Source of the DNA: an uncultured Actinomycetes bacterium
Lineage (GTDB): Bacteria > Actinomycetota > Thermoleophilia > Solirubrobacterales > Solirubrobacteraceae
Length of the DNA stretch: 32,000 nt
NCBI GenBank assembly: GCA_963766605.1
Contig: CAVYAT010000002.1
Location: forward strand, 131,439-163,438
Reading direction: 5' to 3'
Numbering within the stretch: position 1 is the stretch's first letter; each line of letters starts with the position of its first letter. A model generated the notes under the pieces. It did no database searches and was not told the DNA's origin. It worked only from the letters and a program-made list of their open reading frames with translations. Shown here one piece after another: positions 1-8,912 of this stretch. The position numbers and the translations under genes were made by a program.

Positions 1-696
1 GGGGGGTCGGCGATCGCGGCCGCGCATTACATCATCACGTCGACGTCGCAGATCAAGCCGAGCGTCCTGAGCTCTCTGAAGAAGTCCGGACCCAAGGGCG
101 CCACCGGGTCGCGAGGTGCGCAGGGGCCAAAGGGCGACCGGGGCGACACCGGAGCCACGGGAGCCACGGGAGCGACCGGGGCAATTGGACCGAAGGGCGA
201 CCCGGGGGGCCCGGGCGGCACGGCCGCACCGACCCTCGTCGGCGTCAAGACAGCCTCGCCTGACGTCGAGTGCGAGACGACGTTCGACACGTTCTGCAGC
301 TACACGAGCCTCAGCCATACGCCTGCGGGGTTCTGGAACAACCCCGTCAAGTCGATCAGCTACCTCGGCTATTTCGTCGAGCCGGGTGGGTTCATCCAGT
401 TCCACGGGGGCGCCCAGTTCGTTCCCGGTCCAGGGCTCTCGGTGGCAGGCACGGTGATGGTCCTTCCGCCTGGACACCGTCCCGACGCCGTCGTGGTGTT
501 GCCAATCATCGCCATCCCAGTCTCCGACAGCGGCGACCTGGGTACTCCCGAAGCCGACGTGGGCTCGTGGGCCGAGATCTTGCCCACCGGCCAGGTAGAG
601 ATCGGGCGTGGCTTCAACCAGCCCCTTGATGGGGTCGTGTACGACCTCGACAGCATCCGGTTCCACACTCCCAACGTCATCGTCGTCACGAAGTAG
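1..696 (+). CDS. Collagen-like triple-helix repeat protein with C-terminal globular domain (5' end cut by window edge)
   Basis: Frame 1 is open from nt 1 to TAG 694-696. The ORF track shows only the last 84 aa, from an internal Met at 442. My translation gives ...LKKS-GPKGATGSRGAQGPKGDRGDTGATGATGATGAIGPKGDPGGPGG, 14 uninterrupted G-X-Y triplets at nt 88-216. About 160 aa of non-repetitive Cys-containing sequence follow. The minus-strand ORF 27..290 (PVAPVAPVAP) is the antisense image of this repeat. Confidence 0.8.
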   Translation, partial: GGSAIAAAHYIITSTSQIKPSVLSSLKKSGPKGATGSRGAQGPKGDRGDTGATGATGATGAIGPKGDPGGPGGTAAPTLVGVKTASPDVECETTFDTFCSYTSLSHTPAGFWNNPVKSISYLGYFVEPGGFIQFHGGAQFVPGPGLSVAGTVMVLPPGHRPDAVVVLPIIAIPVSDSGDLGTPEADVGSWAEILPTGQVEIGRGFNQPLDGVVYDLDSIRFHTPNVIVVTK

Positions 697-708
697 CCGT
701 GGTGGTGT

Positions 709-739
709 CCGGCCTCGGGTCCCTGACCGCCCGAGCCGG
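709..739. terminator. Hairpin between convergent stop codons (candidate bidirectional terminator)
   Basis: CCGG(C)CTCGGG (709-719), 10-nt loop, CCCGAGCCGG (730-739): a 10-bp stem with one bulged C. It sits exactly between TAG 694-696 (+ gene) and the minus-gene stop at 742-744. No U-tract. Confidence 0.5.
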
Positions 740-741
740 CG

Positions 742-2448
742 TCAGCGGCTGAACCCGACCGCGGCGACCCGCGGACGGCCGGTCACGGCCCTGATGACCA
801 GATAGCTTGCGTCCATCTTGTAGCCGGTAAAGGGGATGCGACTCCAGTGGAGCGCGACGTTGGTGAGAGGGAAGTCTCCGCTGTGGCCTGCGGACGTGAG
901 GTTGACGGTGGCGAGCTTGACCGGCTTGCTCTCGAACTCCTTGAAGCCGTCGAAGTTGACCACGTGGTAGTCGAACTCGACGGTGCCGCACGTGGGGCAG
1001 CGCTGCGCGATGAGCGCCGTGTGGTCCGGTGAAACGAACCCGTCCAACCCAAAGATGTCCTGGGAGATCTCGGTTTTGTTCGCACCTCCCAGCTCCACGT
1101 AGACGCCGCCGAACGCCTTCGCGTCCTTGACCTCCGGCACGGCGGTGAGCGGCTCGTCGCGGACTTCGAGGCTGTTCTCGTCATGGTGCCGCACCGATCC
1201 GGGGATCGTGGTGCACTCAGTCCGACTCCGTGAGGTGTTGCCCACCGCGTCCCTGGCGTCGACCGTCACGCAGGCCTCCGTGCCGCGGGTCACCGTCAGC
1301 GTCAGTGCCTCGCGTTTCGTCCTCTTGTACTCCCGGACGCGGCCAACACTGTCGCCGGTGGCGTCGAACCCGGTCGAGAGCTGGTCATCGACCGTGACGG
1401 TCACGTCGAACGATTTCGCGCTCGAGTCGCTCGACCACTGGGCATGCAACTTCGTGGTGAGCGAGAACCTCGCGGTGCCGAGGAGTTTCGCGACGGGGCT
1501 GGTCTCGTTGACGCTGATCGTCGGCGCCTTCTGCGGTGTGGGTGCCGGGCGGGCGGCCGCCCCGTGGGCGCGGGGCGCGGCGGGTGCCGGGAAGATCGCC
1601 ACGGTCGGCCGTTTGGGCGGCGTCACGTCGGCGGTCCACGCGTAGGAGGCCGGTGTCGGGTCGACGTTTCCTGCGTCATCGACCGCGCGGACCTGGAAGA
1701 CGTGATGCCCCGAGTGTTGAACGAAGACCGATCCGCCGGACGAGCAGGCCTGAAATGCCTGGTTGTCAAGCGCGCACTGGAACGTCGAGCCGGGCTCCGT
1801 GGAGGCAAACTGGAACTCCGGGCCGTCCTGAGCGACGATGTTCCCAGGGTTCTGAAGCGTCGTGTCCGGTGGGGTCGCGTCAACGGTCCAGCTGATCGGC
1901 TGCGAGAGCAGGTCCACGTTGCCCGCCGGGTCGACCGCCTGAATCAGCAGCGAGCGGGTCGCGTCCGCAAGGCCGCTGTAGACGACCGGTGATGTGCACG
2001 GCGCCGCTGCGGAGCCGTTCAGCGAGCACTGAAAGGTCGCCGAGAGATCAGGTGAGGTGAACGTGAACACCGCGGTCTGGGAGTTGGTCAGCGCCGGCGG
2101 CTGGCCCGTGATCACGGTCGTGGGCGACGTCAGGTCGACCGTCCACGCATAGCTGATCGGCGGGATCGCGGCGGCGCCCGTCTCGTGCACCGAGAATGTG
2201 TGGCTGCCCTCGGACAGGCCGGTCACCGTGTCGGGGGACGTGCACGAACTCGCCGCCGCCGCGTCCAGCGCACACGTGAACGCCGCCGACGCGCTGGACC
2301 CATGGAACTCGAACATCGCGGACGTGTGGTTCGCGATGGCCGGCGGGGTGCTCGTGAACGCCAGCTGAGAGGCGGCCGTGGCCGGCACGGCACCGACCGC
2401 GGCCGCGACGAGCACGACCAACAGGAACCCCCCGACTCGGCCAGTCAT
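742..2448 (-). CDS. Secreted Ig-like domain repeat protein
   Basis: ORF 742..2532. The preferred start is ATG at 2448 (MTGRVGGFLLVVLVAAAVGAVPATAASQ, a signal-peptide-like N-terminus). Three tandem ~90-aa repeats (about nt 1549-2364) share the pattern F.F......F.C.L(D/N).....C(T/S)SP......L..G.H.F.V.A.D.AGN.D....Y.W.VD..PP. A ~270-aa non-repeat C-terminal region follows. Confidence 0.85.
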   Translation of the reverse strand: MTGRVGGFLLVVLVAAAVGAVPATAASQLAFTSTPPAIANHTSAMFEFHGSSASAAFTCALDAAAASSCTSPDTVTGLSEGSHTFSVHETGAAAIPPISYAWTVDLTSPTTVITGQPPALTNSQTAVFTFTSPDLSATFQCSLNGSAAAPCTSPVVYSGLADATRSLLIQAVDPAGNVDLLSQPISWTVDATPPDTTLQNPGNIVAQDGPEFQFASTEPGSTFQCALDNQAFQACSSGGSVFVQHSGHHVFQVRAVDDAGNVDPTPASYAWTADVTPPKRPTVAIFPAPAAPRAHGAAARPAPTPQKAPTISVNETSPVAKLLGTARFSLTTKLHAQWSSDSSAKSFDVTVTVDDQLSTGFDATGDSVGRVREYKRTKREALTLTVTRGTEACVTVDARDAVGNTSRSRTECTTIPGSVRHHDENSLEVRDEPLTAVPEVKDAKAFGGVYVELGGANKTEISQDIFGLDGFVSPDHTALIAQRCPTCGTVEFDYHVVNFDGFKEFESKPVKLATVNLTSAGHSGDFPLTNVALHWSRIPFTGYKMDASYLVIRAVTGRPRVAAVGFSR

Positions 2449-2704
2449 GCGCCCCGCGCGACGATCGTTGACGTCGGGGTCGACCGTGCGGTCATGACGC
2501 TCCATGCTAACGGGCCGGTGATCAATGCGCATCTATGAGACTCATGGATCTTTGAGTGCCGCCGACAGCTCCTGACGCGAGCGGATCGGGAGCGCGGTCA
2601 GTGCGTCGCGTCCGGTGAATGCCAGCCTTCGGAAGCCTGACGGCCTTGGAGTCGCGATCTACGAAACCTTGTGTATCGAGGCCATGCCGCTGCCCACTTG
2701 CGGC

Positions 2705-4171
2705 TCAGTTCGCTGCGATCGATGCTCCGGCGTCGTCCATTTGACCCGCGCGTACGTCGAATCGCTCGCCGAGCGTGTCGAGGGTCTTGCGGTAGTGCTT
2801 GGAGTCCCGGGGCTGGGTGGCGAGGAGCGCGGTGGCCCCCGCGAGCCGCCGGACCTTCGGGTACCAGCGGTCGTAGTCGAGACCGCAATCCATGATGACG
2901 GTGGGTGGCAGGGTGCGGGCGACGCGGCCGAGGTTGTACATCGCCAGCGTGATCGAGGCCCAGATGATCGCGGACCTCGATTTCGTGGCGAGTCCTTCGA
3001 CGTCGAGTTCGTAGAGTCGTGCGGCGTGCAGCTTGCGCCGGAACATGAGGTGCGTCAGGTAGTACCCCGCGAACGATGTGAAGGGCCCCGTCACGCTTGA
3101 CCGCAGCTGGATCGACAGGACGTTCTCCGTGCTGGAGACGAACGGCTCGTAGCGATGTCCTGGCTGGGCGAGATAGCCGGTGCAGTTCACTAGCCAGCTC
3201 CCGACCGGTATCGCCAGCGATCGACCGCCGCGGAACGCGAGCGTGGGCCCGTCGGCCGTGTCGACCACGTCATCGAGATGGCCGGGTTCGATGCGCCGCA
3301 CTCCCGTGCGTACGTCGGCGTACTCGTCGTCCGACAGGTAGGCGCCGAAGAAGTTGGCCGGCGCCGCTGACGGACTGATGCCGTAGGCGTCGGTGAACCA
3401 CACGGCGACCTCCTGCTCGTTGGTGCCATCAAAACGGAGGGAGGCCTCGCGCAACATCGCGTTGACCCGGGTGCCGCTGAACCAGCGCCGCGGACCGGTC
3501 GGGAAGAACGTCTCGCGACGGCTGAACACCGTACCCGAGCCGGCCACCATGTTGAGCTCGCGCCGCGGACATTCCCGCCGCAGCAGCAGGGCGACGTCCA
3601 TGGCGGTCTTGCCGCTGCCGATGATCCAGACCGGTCCGCTGTCCTCGGGGCGCTTCGCGATCGTGCCCGACAATTCCTCGGGAGTGGTCGAGCGCACGGC
3701 CGCACTCGAGATCGGGAGCGGCGCGCTGGGCATGACGTGGTTCCCGTAGGCCTTGATCAGCCGCCTTGTCGCCAGCGCCTCGCTGCGTCCATCCGGCCCA
3801 CGGAGGGTCACCGTCACGGTGCCGCCAGCCTCGGCATGCGCGACGTACTCCCAGCCGAAACGCTCTTCGAGATCCACCTTCGTGCGAGCCACGTCGACGC
3901 AGTGGCGCAGGTGGTCGAGCACCTCGTCGCGAGTCGCCAGATGGCTCGCGGGCTTACCCAACTGCCACGTGATGTTGCCGGCGGTGAAGATCGGGTGCGG
4001 CTGGTGTAGCCGGACGAAGTCGTAGGTGTCCACCCACATCCCGCCGGCGCAGGGGCGGCTGTCGACCAGGACAACCCGGTCGTGCGCCGAGAGATAACCG
4101 CTCGCGACAGCCAGCGCATTGAGTCCCGCGATTCCGCCGCCAATGATGATCAGTTCGCTGGCCTCGTTCAC
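2705..4171 (-). CDS. FAD/NAD(P)-binding oxidoreductase (two dinucleotide-binding motifs, flavin monooxygenase-like)
   Basis: 488-aa ORF with a GTG start. There is an N-terminal Rossmann motif LIIIGGGIAGL and a second motif VWIIGSGKTAMDVALLL mid-protein. Amino-acid composition is protein-like throughout. Confidence 0.85.
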   Translation of the reverse strand: MNEASELIIIGGGIAGLNALAVASGYLSAHDRVVLVDSRPCAGGMWVDTYDFVRLHQPHPIFTAGNITWQLGKPASHLATRDEVLDHLRHCVDVARTKVDLEERFGWEYVAHAEAGGTVTVTLRGPDGRSEALATRRLIKAYGNHVMPSAPLPISSAAVRSTTPEELSGTIAKRPEDSGPVWIIGSGKTAMDVALLLRRECPRRELNMVAGSGTVFSRRETFFPTGPRRWFSGTRVNAMLREASLRFDGTNEQEVAVWFTDAYGISPSAAPANFFGAYLSDDEYADVRTGVRRIEPGHLDDVVDTADGPTLAFRGGRSLAIPVGSWLVNCTGYLAQPGHRYEPFVSSTENVLSIQLRSSVTGPFTSFAGYYLTHLMFRRKLHAARLYELDVEGLATKSRSAIIWASITLAMYNLGRVARTLPPTVIMDCGLDYDRWYPKVRRLAGATALLATQPRDSKHYRKTLDTLGERFDVRAGQMDDAGASIAAN

Positions 4172-4206
4172 GTCTCGGGCAGGCTAACGTAAAAAATAGA
4201 GACGTA

Positions 4207-4219
4207 TCCTTTGAAAGGA
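4207..4219. promoter_or_regulatory. 13-nt perfect palindrome TCCTTTGAAAGGA in an AT-rich gap upstream of the oxidoreductase gene (candidate operator)
   Basis: Read directly from the sequence. It lies ~40 nt upstream of GTG 4171 on the minus strand, next to the window's most AT-rich stretch (acgtaaaaaataga, about 4186-4199). That stretch gives TAnnnT-type -10 candidates (TATTTT, TACGTT) on the minus strand. Confidence 0.25.
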
Positions 4220-4262
4220 CGGGCGTGACCGAGCGCGCGTACGACCAGTGCTGTTGAGCGTC

Positions 4263-4287
4263 CGCGAGAGACGGACTGCTTCTCGCG
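4263..4287 (-). terminator. Candidate terminator hairpin downstream of the methyltransferase gene
   Basis: CGCGAGA (4263-4269) pairs with TCTCGCG (4281-4287), an 11-nt loop, about 35 nt after the stop at 4322-4324. No U-tract. Confidence 0.35.
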
Positions 4288-4321
4288 CGCGCATTGCAGC
4301 AGCGCCAGGGAGGAGGGTTGC

Positions 4322-5122
4322 CTATGACGGAACGTGCCCGCGGGCGGCCCACGCGCGGGCGACGAGTTCGATCGATCCGTCGGTGTTGAACGGCAGCGTG
4401 GAACGGATCCGCTGCTCGACGGCAACGCGGTCCGGTTCGGGGAGCGACATGAGGTGCGCGGGCGCGGCGCCCTTGCCGGCGCGAAACGGCGACCAGTAGT
4501 CGTCGAAGTCACGGAATCTGGTGTCGATGTCGATCGGTTCGACCTCGACGGTGTCCAGGCCCGCCGCGCGCAACGCGGTCGTCAGCGGCTCCGGGCGACA
4601 CAGGGCAAAGCGCCGGACCTCGTCGAGCTCGTTCGTGTCCGGTGACACCGCGAGCAGCGCGTCCCAGAAGTGACGCAGCATCTGCATCTCTCCGAGGTAG
4701 TCCCACACGTAGCACGCCACCGTTCCGCCGGGCCGCGCCACGCGGACCATCTCGCGCGCAGCGCGATCCGCGTCGGGCACGAAGTTCAGCACCAGCGCCG
4801 AGACGACGACGTCGACCCGACCGGCCTCGACGGGGAGATCCTCGGCGCTCCCGAGCGCGAAGCGCGCTCGGTGATCGGGGACGCACGTCGTTGCGCGCTG
4901 CACGAACGCGGTCGACGGGTCGAACCCCAGCACCTCCGTCGGCGCGTACGACGCCAGGACGCAGCTCGTCAGCGCGCCGGTTCCGCAGCCGACATCGAGC
5001 CACCGCAATCCCGGACGGGCATCCAGCCACGCGAGGAACCGAGGCGCGACCGCTCGGCTCCACCGACCCATGTAACGCTCGTATGCGTCGGCGCTGTCCC
5101 ACCGGACAAGCTCATTGCTCAC
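4322..5122 (-). CDS. Class I SAM-dependent methyltransferase
   Basis: 266-aa ORF. Motif I is WLDVGCGTGALT. An acidic loop (GFDPS) and the post-II region RFALGSAEDLPVEAGRVDVVVS are present. It starts 9 nt after the stop of the upstream SBP-domain reading frame. Confidence 0.9.
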   Translation of the reverse strand: MSNELVRWDSADAYERYMGRWSRAVAPRFLAWLDARPGLRWLDVGCGTGALTSCVLASYAPTEVLGFDPSTAFVQRATTCVPDHRARFALGSAEDLPVEAGRVDVVVSALVLNFVPDADRAAREMVRVARPGGTVACYVWDYLGEMQMLRHFWDALLAVSPDTNELDEVRRFALCRPEPLTTALRAAGLDTVEVEPIDIDTRFRDFDDYWSPFRAGKGAAPAHLMSLPEPDRVAVEQRIRSTLPFNTDGSIELVARAWAARGHVPS

Positions 5123-5131
5123 GCCGTCATC

Positions 5132-8100
5132 TCATCGAGCGCCCTTGCGCACGCATAGGTTGCCCAGATCGGCGCCGTAGACGCCGTACACCTGGCATCC
5201 CATCCGCGCCGAGAACAGCTCGTGCCCCGACTGGTTGCCGAATGCCACGAACGGCGCGGCGTCCCGCACGAGCGCTCGGTCCAGCCGCCCGTAGGCCAGG
5301 TAGCGCTTCGTCCCGCCGAGGCTGGCCGCGACGGCCAGCTGCGCGCGTGAACGGGCGTCTTGGAACTTCGGGAGCACGGTCCCGCTGGACAGCAGAACGT
5401 TGAGCATCGCGCCGGGGTCGGGGTAGTCCGGTATCCAGCCCAGCCACGCGATGTCGAACGGCGCGTGGGCGCTCGCGAGCTTCGCGTTCAGGGTCTGGTC
5501 GGGGAAGGTCTCGATCACGAGCCGGATCCCGATTGCCGCGAGGTCGGTCTTGACGATCTGTGCCTGTTGCTGGCACGGGGCAAAATCGCACGTCCACAAC
5601 ACCGCGGTCGCGCCGCGATGGTGTCCGGCAAGCGCCCGGGCTCGGCGGACATCCGGCCGCAGCGGGTATCCGCGCACGTCGCCATAACCGGGGATGCCCG
5701 GGGGGAGGTAGTCCTCGGTGACATGCTCGGGCAGCGGGTCGTACTCGTCGCCGAGGCGCGCCAGCGCCGATCGATCGATCGCGTAGTTGACGGCTTGGCG
5801 CATCCGTCGGGAGGCGAACAGCGGCCGCTGCGAGTTGAGCGCCAGGAAGTCGAGCTGGGGTGCGGCCTGGACGAAATACTGCTGGCGGCCATGCCGCGCC
5901 GCCCGGCTGCCGGCGCCGTACCGCGCGGCGAGCCAGGGCCCGTCGGTCCGATCGATCTCGCCTTCGAGCGCGTAGTCCGCGGTTCCCGCCCGCACCTGCG
6001 CGATCGCGTGGCGTGAGGACACGCCGACGGTCATGACGATCCGCTGCGGCCGGTGCGGGCGGGCGCCGTGGTAGTTGCGGTTGCGGGTGAGGACGATCCC
6101 CTGGCCGGGCGTATACGACGCGACCCGGTATGGGCCCGCCGACGGGATGACGCGCAGCCCACGGGGGTCGATCGGCGTATCCGACGGCACGGCACACAGC
6201 TCGGGCAGGGTCGTCCGCGCCGGCAGGTCGGGCGCGGGCGCGACCATGCGGATCGTCAGCGTATTCCCGCGGGCCACGACGCCCGAGATGTGCGGTGCCC
6301 GGCCGGCCATGTACGCCGCTGCCCCGGCGATGTCCGCGAACACGTACGCGACGGGGCTCTTCATCCGCGGGTTGAGGGTGCGCTCGATCGAGTCCTTGAA
6401 CGTCTGCGCCGTAACCGCCTGGTTCGACGGCGGCGAGAAGCGGAAGCCCGGCCGGATCACGAACGTGTAGCTACGACCGTCGGCTGAGACGGACGGCAGC
6501 GCCTGCGCGACCTCCGGGACGATCTCGGACGCCGCCGCGCCGCCGCGGTCGGGATAGTTCAACAACTTTGCGCAGGTCGCGTAGAGCAGCTGCGCCGACT
6601 CGCCGTCGTAGGAAAGCGCCGGGTCCATTGATGAGACGTCGTACGGCGCGTCGATGCGCACCGTGCCGCCGCCCGCTACCGCCCCGGCCACCCCCGCCGA
6701 TGGCACCGTCCGGGCGTCGACCGTGACCCAGGCCCGCCCGCGCGCGACCACGATCGCCTGCGGGCTGCCGCCGACCCCGATCGTCGCGACGGCTTTCCTG
6801 GTACGCGGATCGATGCGCGTCACCGTTCCGTCGCCGCTGTTGGCCACCCAGATCGCGCCGGCGCCGGCCGCCACTCCCGCCGGCGCATTGCCGACCGGGA
6901 TCGTGTGGTGACGGCCTGGGTGCCCGGATCGATCCTCAGCACGGCGTCGTCGGCGAAGTCCGCAACCCAGACGCCGCCGTAGCCGATCGCGATACCGGTC
7001 GGGTAGTGACCGACCGCGATCGATGTCGCGAGCCCGGTCGGGTCGACCCGCGTGACGTTGTCGGCATCGGTGTCGGTGATCCAGACCGCGTCGGCTCCGA
7101 CGCCCAGGCCGGCGGCGGCCGCGCCGGGGTCCAGGCGCCGCAGGACGCGTCCGGACCGCGGCGCGAGCCGCGTCAGCTGGCCCGCGAACGGCGCGACCCA
7201 CAGGGGCGCCTGCGCGCGCGGCGATCGCCGCCGGCGTGCCGGCCGCGACGCTGGCGATCCGGACCGTGCTGGTCGATCGCGTCGAATTGAGGATTGATGC
7301 GCACCACCGGGACCGATGTCGCGTTGGGGCTGGTGCCACTGACCCAGATCCCGCCCCCGGCGACGGCGATCCCGGTCGGCTGGCCGCCGAGCGTCAGGGT
7401 CCGGAGGGTCGACAGCGTCCGTGCGTCGACGCGCGAGATCGTCTGGTCGTCCTGGTTTGCGACCCACAGCGACCCGGACGCAAACGCGATCGCGCCGGGC
7501 CGCGCGCCGACCGTGACCTGGGCTACCACCCGGTTCGATCGCATGTCGATCGCCGCCACGGAGTTGGGCTCGGGGCGCAGGCCGTCACTCGAGCCGCCGG
7601 CGAATTCGGTGACCCCCAGTGCGACTGCGGCCACGAGCAGTAGCCCCGCGCCGGCGAGGACCAGCGCGCGGCCGCGCCTGCGGTCGCCCGGGGGACGATC
7701 GCGCGGGCGGTCGGACCGCGCCGTGGGCGCCGCGTCCAGGGCCGGATCGTGGGTGAGGATCTGTTGCTCGAGCGCGCGAAGCTCCGGCCCCGGCTCCAGG
7801 CCGAGTTCCTCGTCGAGCGCGGCGCGGCCGCGGCGATAGGCCTCGAGCGCGTCGGCCTGGCGCCCGCTTCGGTACAGCGCGAGCATCAGCTGCCCGAGGA
7901 GCCGCTCGCGGTGCGGATGGCGTCGGGCGAGCGCCTCGAGCTCGCCAACCAGCTCGCGGTGCGCGGCCGAGCATCAGGTCAGCGTCGGCGCGGTCCTCGG
8001 TTGTCGACAACCGCGCCTCCTCGAGGCGGGCGATCTCACCCTGGGCGAACGACTCGTAGGCCAGGTCGGCCAGCGGCTCGCCGTGCCACAGCTCGAGCGC

Positions 8101-8474
8101 CTCGACGAGCTGCTGGCGTGCAGCGGCCGCGTCACCGTCGTCCAGCGCCCGGCGCCCGTCGGCGGCCATCGCCGTGAACACGTCCGCGTCGACCTGCTCG
8201 GGCGCAGCGACCAGCTCGATAGCCGCCCCCGGGTCAGGAGCACGTCGCTTCCGAGCGCCTTGCGTAGGTGGGAGACGTAGCCCTGAAGCGTCTTTGCCGC
8301 CGTCGGGGGCGGTCGCTGTTCCCACAACTCATCGATCAGACGGTCACTCGGGACCGCCGCCCCGCGACGCAGTAACAACAGCGCGAGCAGCGCGCGTTGC
8401 CGCGGCCCGCCGAGTGCGAGCGCGCGCTGATTCTCGAGCACCTCCAGCGGGCCAAGGATCCGGAACTCGAGCAT
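5132..8474 (-). pseudogene. SARP/AfsR-type regulator fused to TM helix, YVTN/NHL-like beta-propeller repeats and a family-5 ABC substrate-binding domain; continuous only across five frame changes
   Basis: wHTH from ATG 8474: MLEFRILGPLEVLENQRALALGGPRQRALLALLLLRRGAAVPSDRLIDELW...LQGYVSHLRKALGSDVLLTRG. BTAD: ELVAAPEQVDADVF...ALELWHGEPLADL...ARLEEARL, then, in another frame, HRELVGELEALARRHPHRERLLGQLMLALYRSGRQADALEAYRRGRAALDEELGLEPGPELRALEQQIL. TM helix: ALVLAGAGLLLVAAVALGV. About 6 propeller blades follow (G.RP.AIA...GSLWVAN..D.T.SRVD pattern). SBP_bac_5-like domain: VRIDAPYDVSSMDPAL...WIPDYPDPGAML. Frame switches lie near 8226-8233 (C5 run), 7958-7966, 7265-7272, 7203-7206 (G4 run) and 6902-6912. 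Confidence 0.85.
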
Positions 8475-8520
8475 GGTTTGTGGTCGCCCCGGCGACACGC
8501 TACCGCCGCGTGCACCGATC

Positions 8521-8548
8521 TCCAACCGCTTCCAACCGTCCGCCAACC
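8521..8548 (+). promoter_or_regulatory. Three direct heptad repeats (T/G)CCAACC at 10- and 11-bp spacing (candidate SARP box)
   Basis: TCCAACC at 8521-8527, TCCAACC at 8531-8537 and GCCAACC at 8542-8548. They sit in the 141-bp divergent gap between the SARP gene start (8474, minus) and ATG 8616 (plus). Only a weak A2/T6 -10 candidate (GAGGGT, 8558-8563) follows. Confidence 0.45.
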
Positions 8549-8615
8549 GGGCCGCGCGAGGGTGTGCGCCGAATCCGATCGCATCAGGCGATCGGCAGAC
8601 CAGGAAGGTTCGGAG

Positions 8616-8900
8616 ATGTCCCCGCACAATCGCTCGATCAAGACGGCACTGGCACTGGCCCTCGCCGCGACCGCGGTCACCCCGGCGGCGGCCTCGGCCC
8701 GGTTTGATCTCAACCCGCCGCCGGTCCATGCCGCAGCGCCGCCCGTTCAGGTCGTCCACAGCGCGGCCGGCGACGGCTTCGACTGGGGCGACGCCGGCAT
8801 CGGCGCCGCCGGTGCCCTGGGCCTGTCGATGCTCGTCGGCGGCGGCGGCGCGCTGGTCGCGGGGAAGCGTCGCGGCCACCGCGCCACGGCCACGCCGTAG
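8616..8900 (+). CDS. Small secreted protein with Pro-rich linker and C-terminal motif-TM-basic tail
   Basis: ATG 8616 is preceded by GGAAGG..GGAG. The 94-aa product is MSPHNRSIKTALALALAATAVTPAAASA (signal-like), PPPVHAAAPPVQ, then GFDWGDAGIGAAGALGLSMLVGGGGALVAGKRRGH. It is the downstream part of ORF 8397..8900. Confidence 0.6.
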   Translation: MSPHNRSIKTALALALAATAVTPAAASARFDLNPPPVHAAAPPVQVVHSAAGDGFDWGDAGIGAAGALGLSMLVGGGGALVAGKRRGHRATATP

Positions 8901-8912
8901 CGGACAGATCCG

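Noticed and set aside
27-290. 87-aa minus ORF with PVAPVAPVAP repeats
   Set aside because: It is the reverse-complement reading of the plus-strand G-X-Y collagen repeat. The plus frame is open across the whole region and continues into a globular domain.
4642-6197. Arg-rich ORFs 4642..5403 (+), 4509..5102 (-) and 5127..6197 (-)
   Set aside because: They are alternative frames of the methyltransferase and SBP-domain coding regions. Their compositions (poly-R/P/A) are not protein-like.
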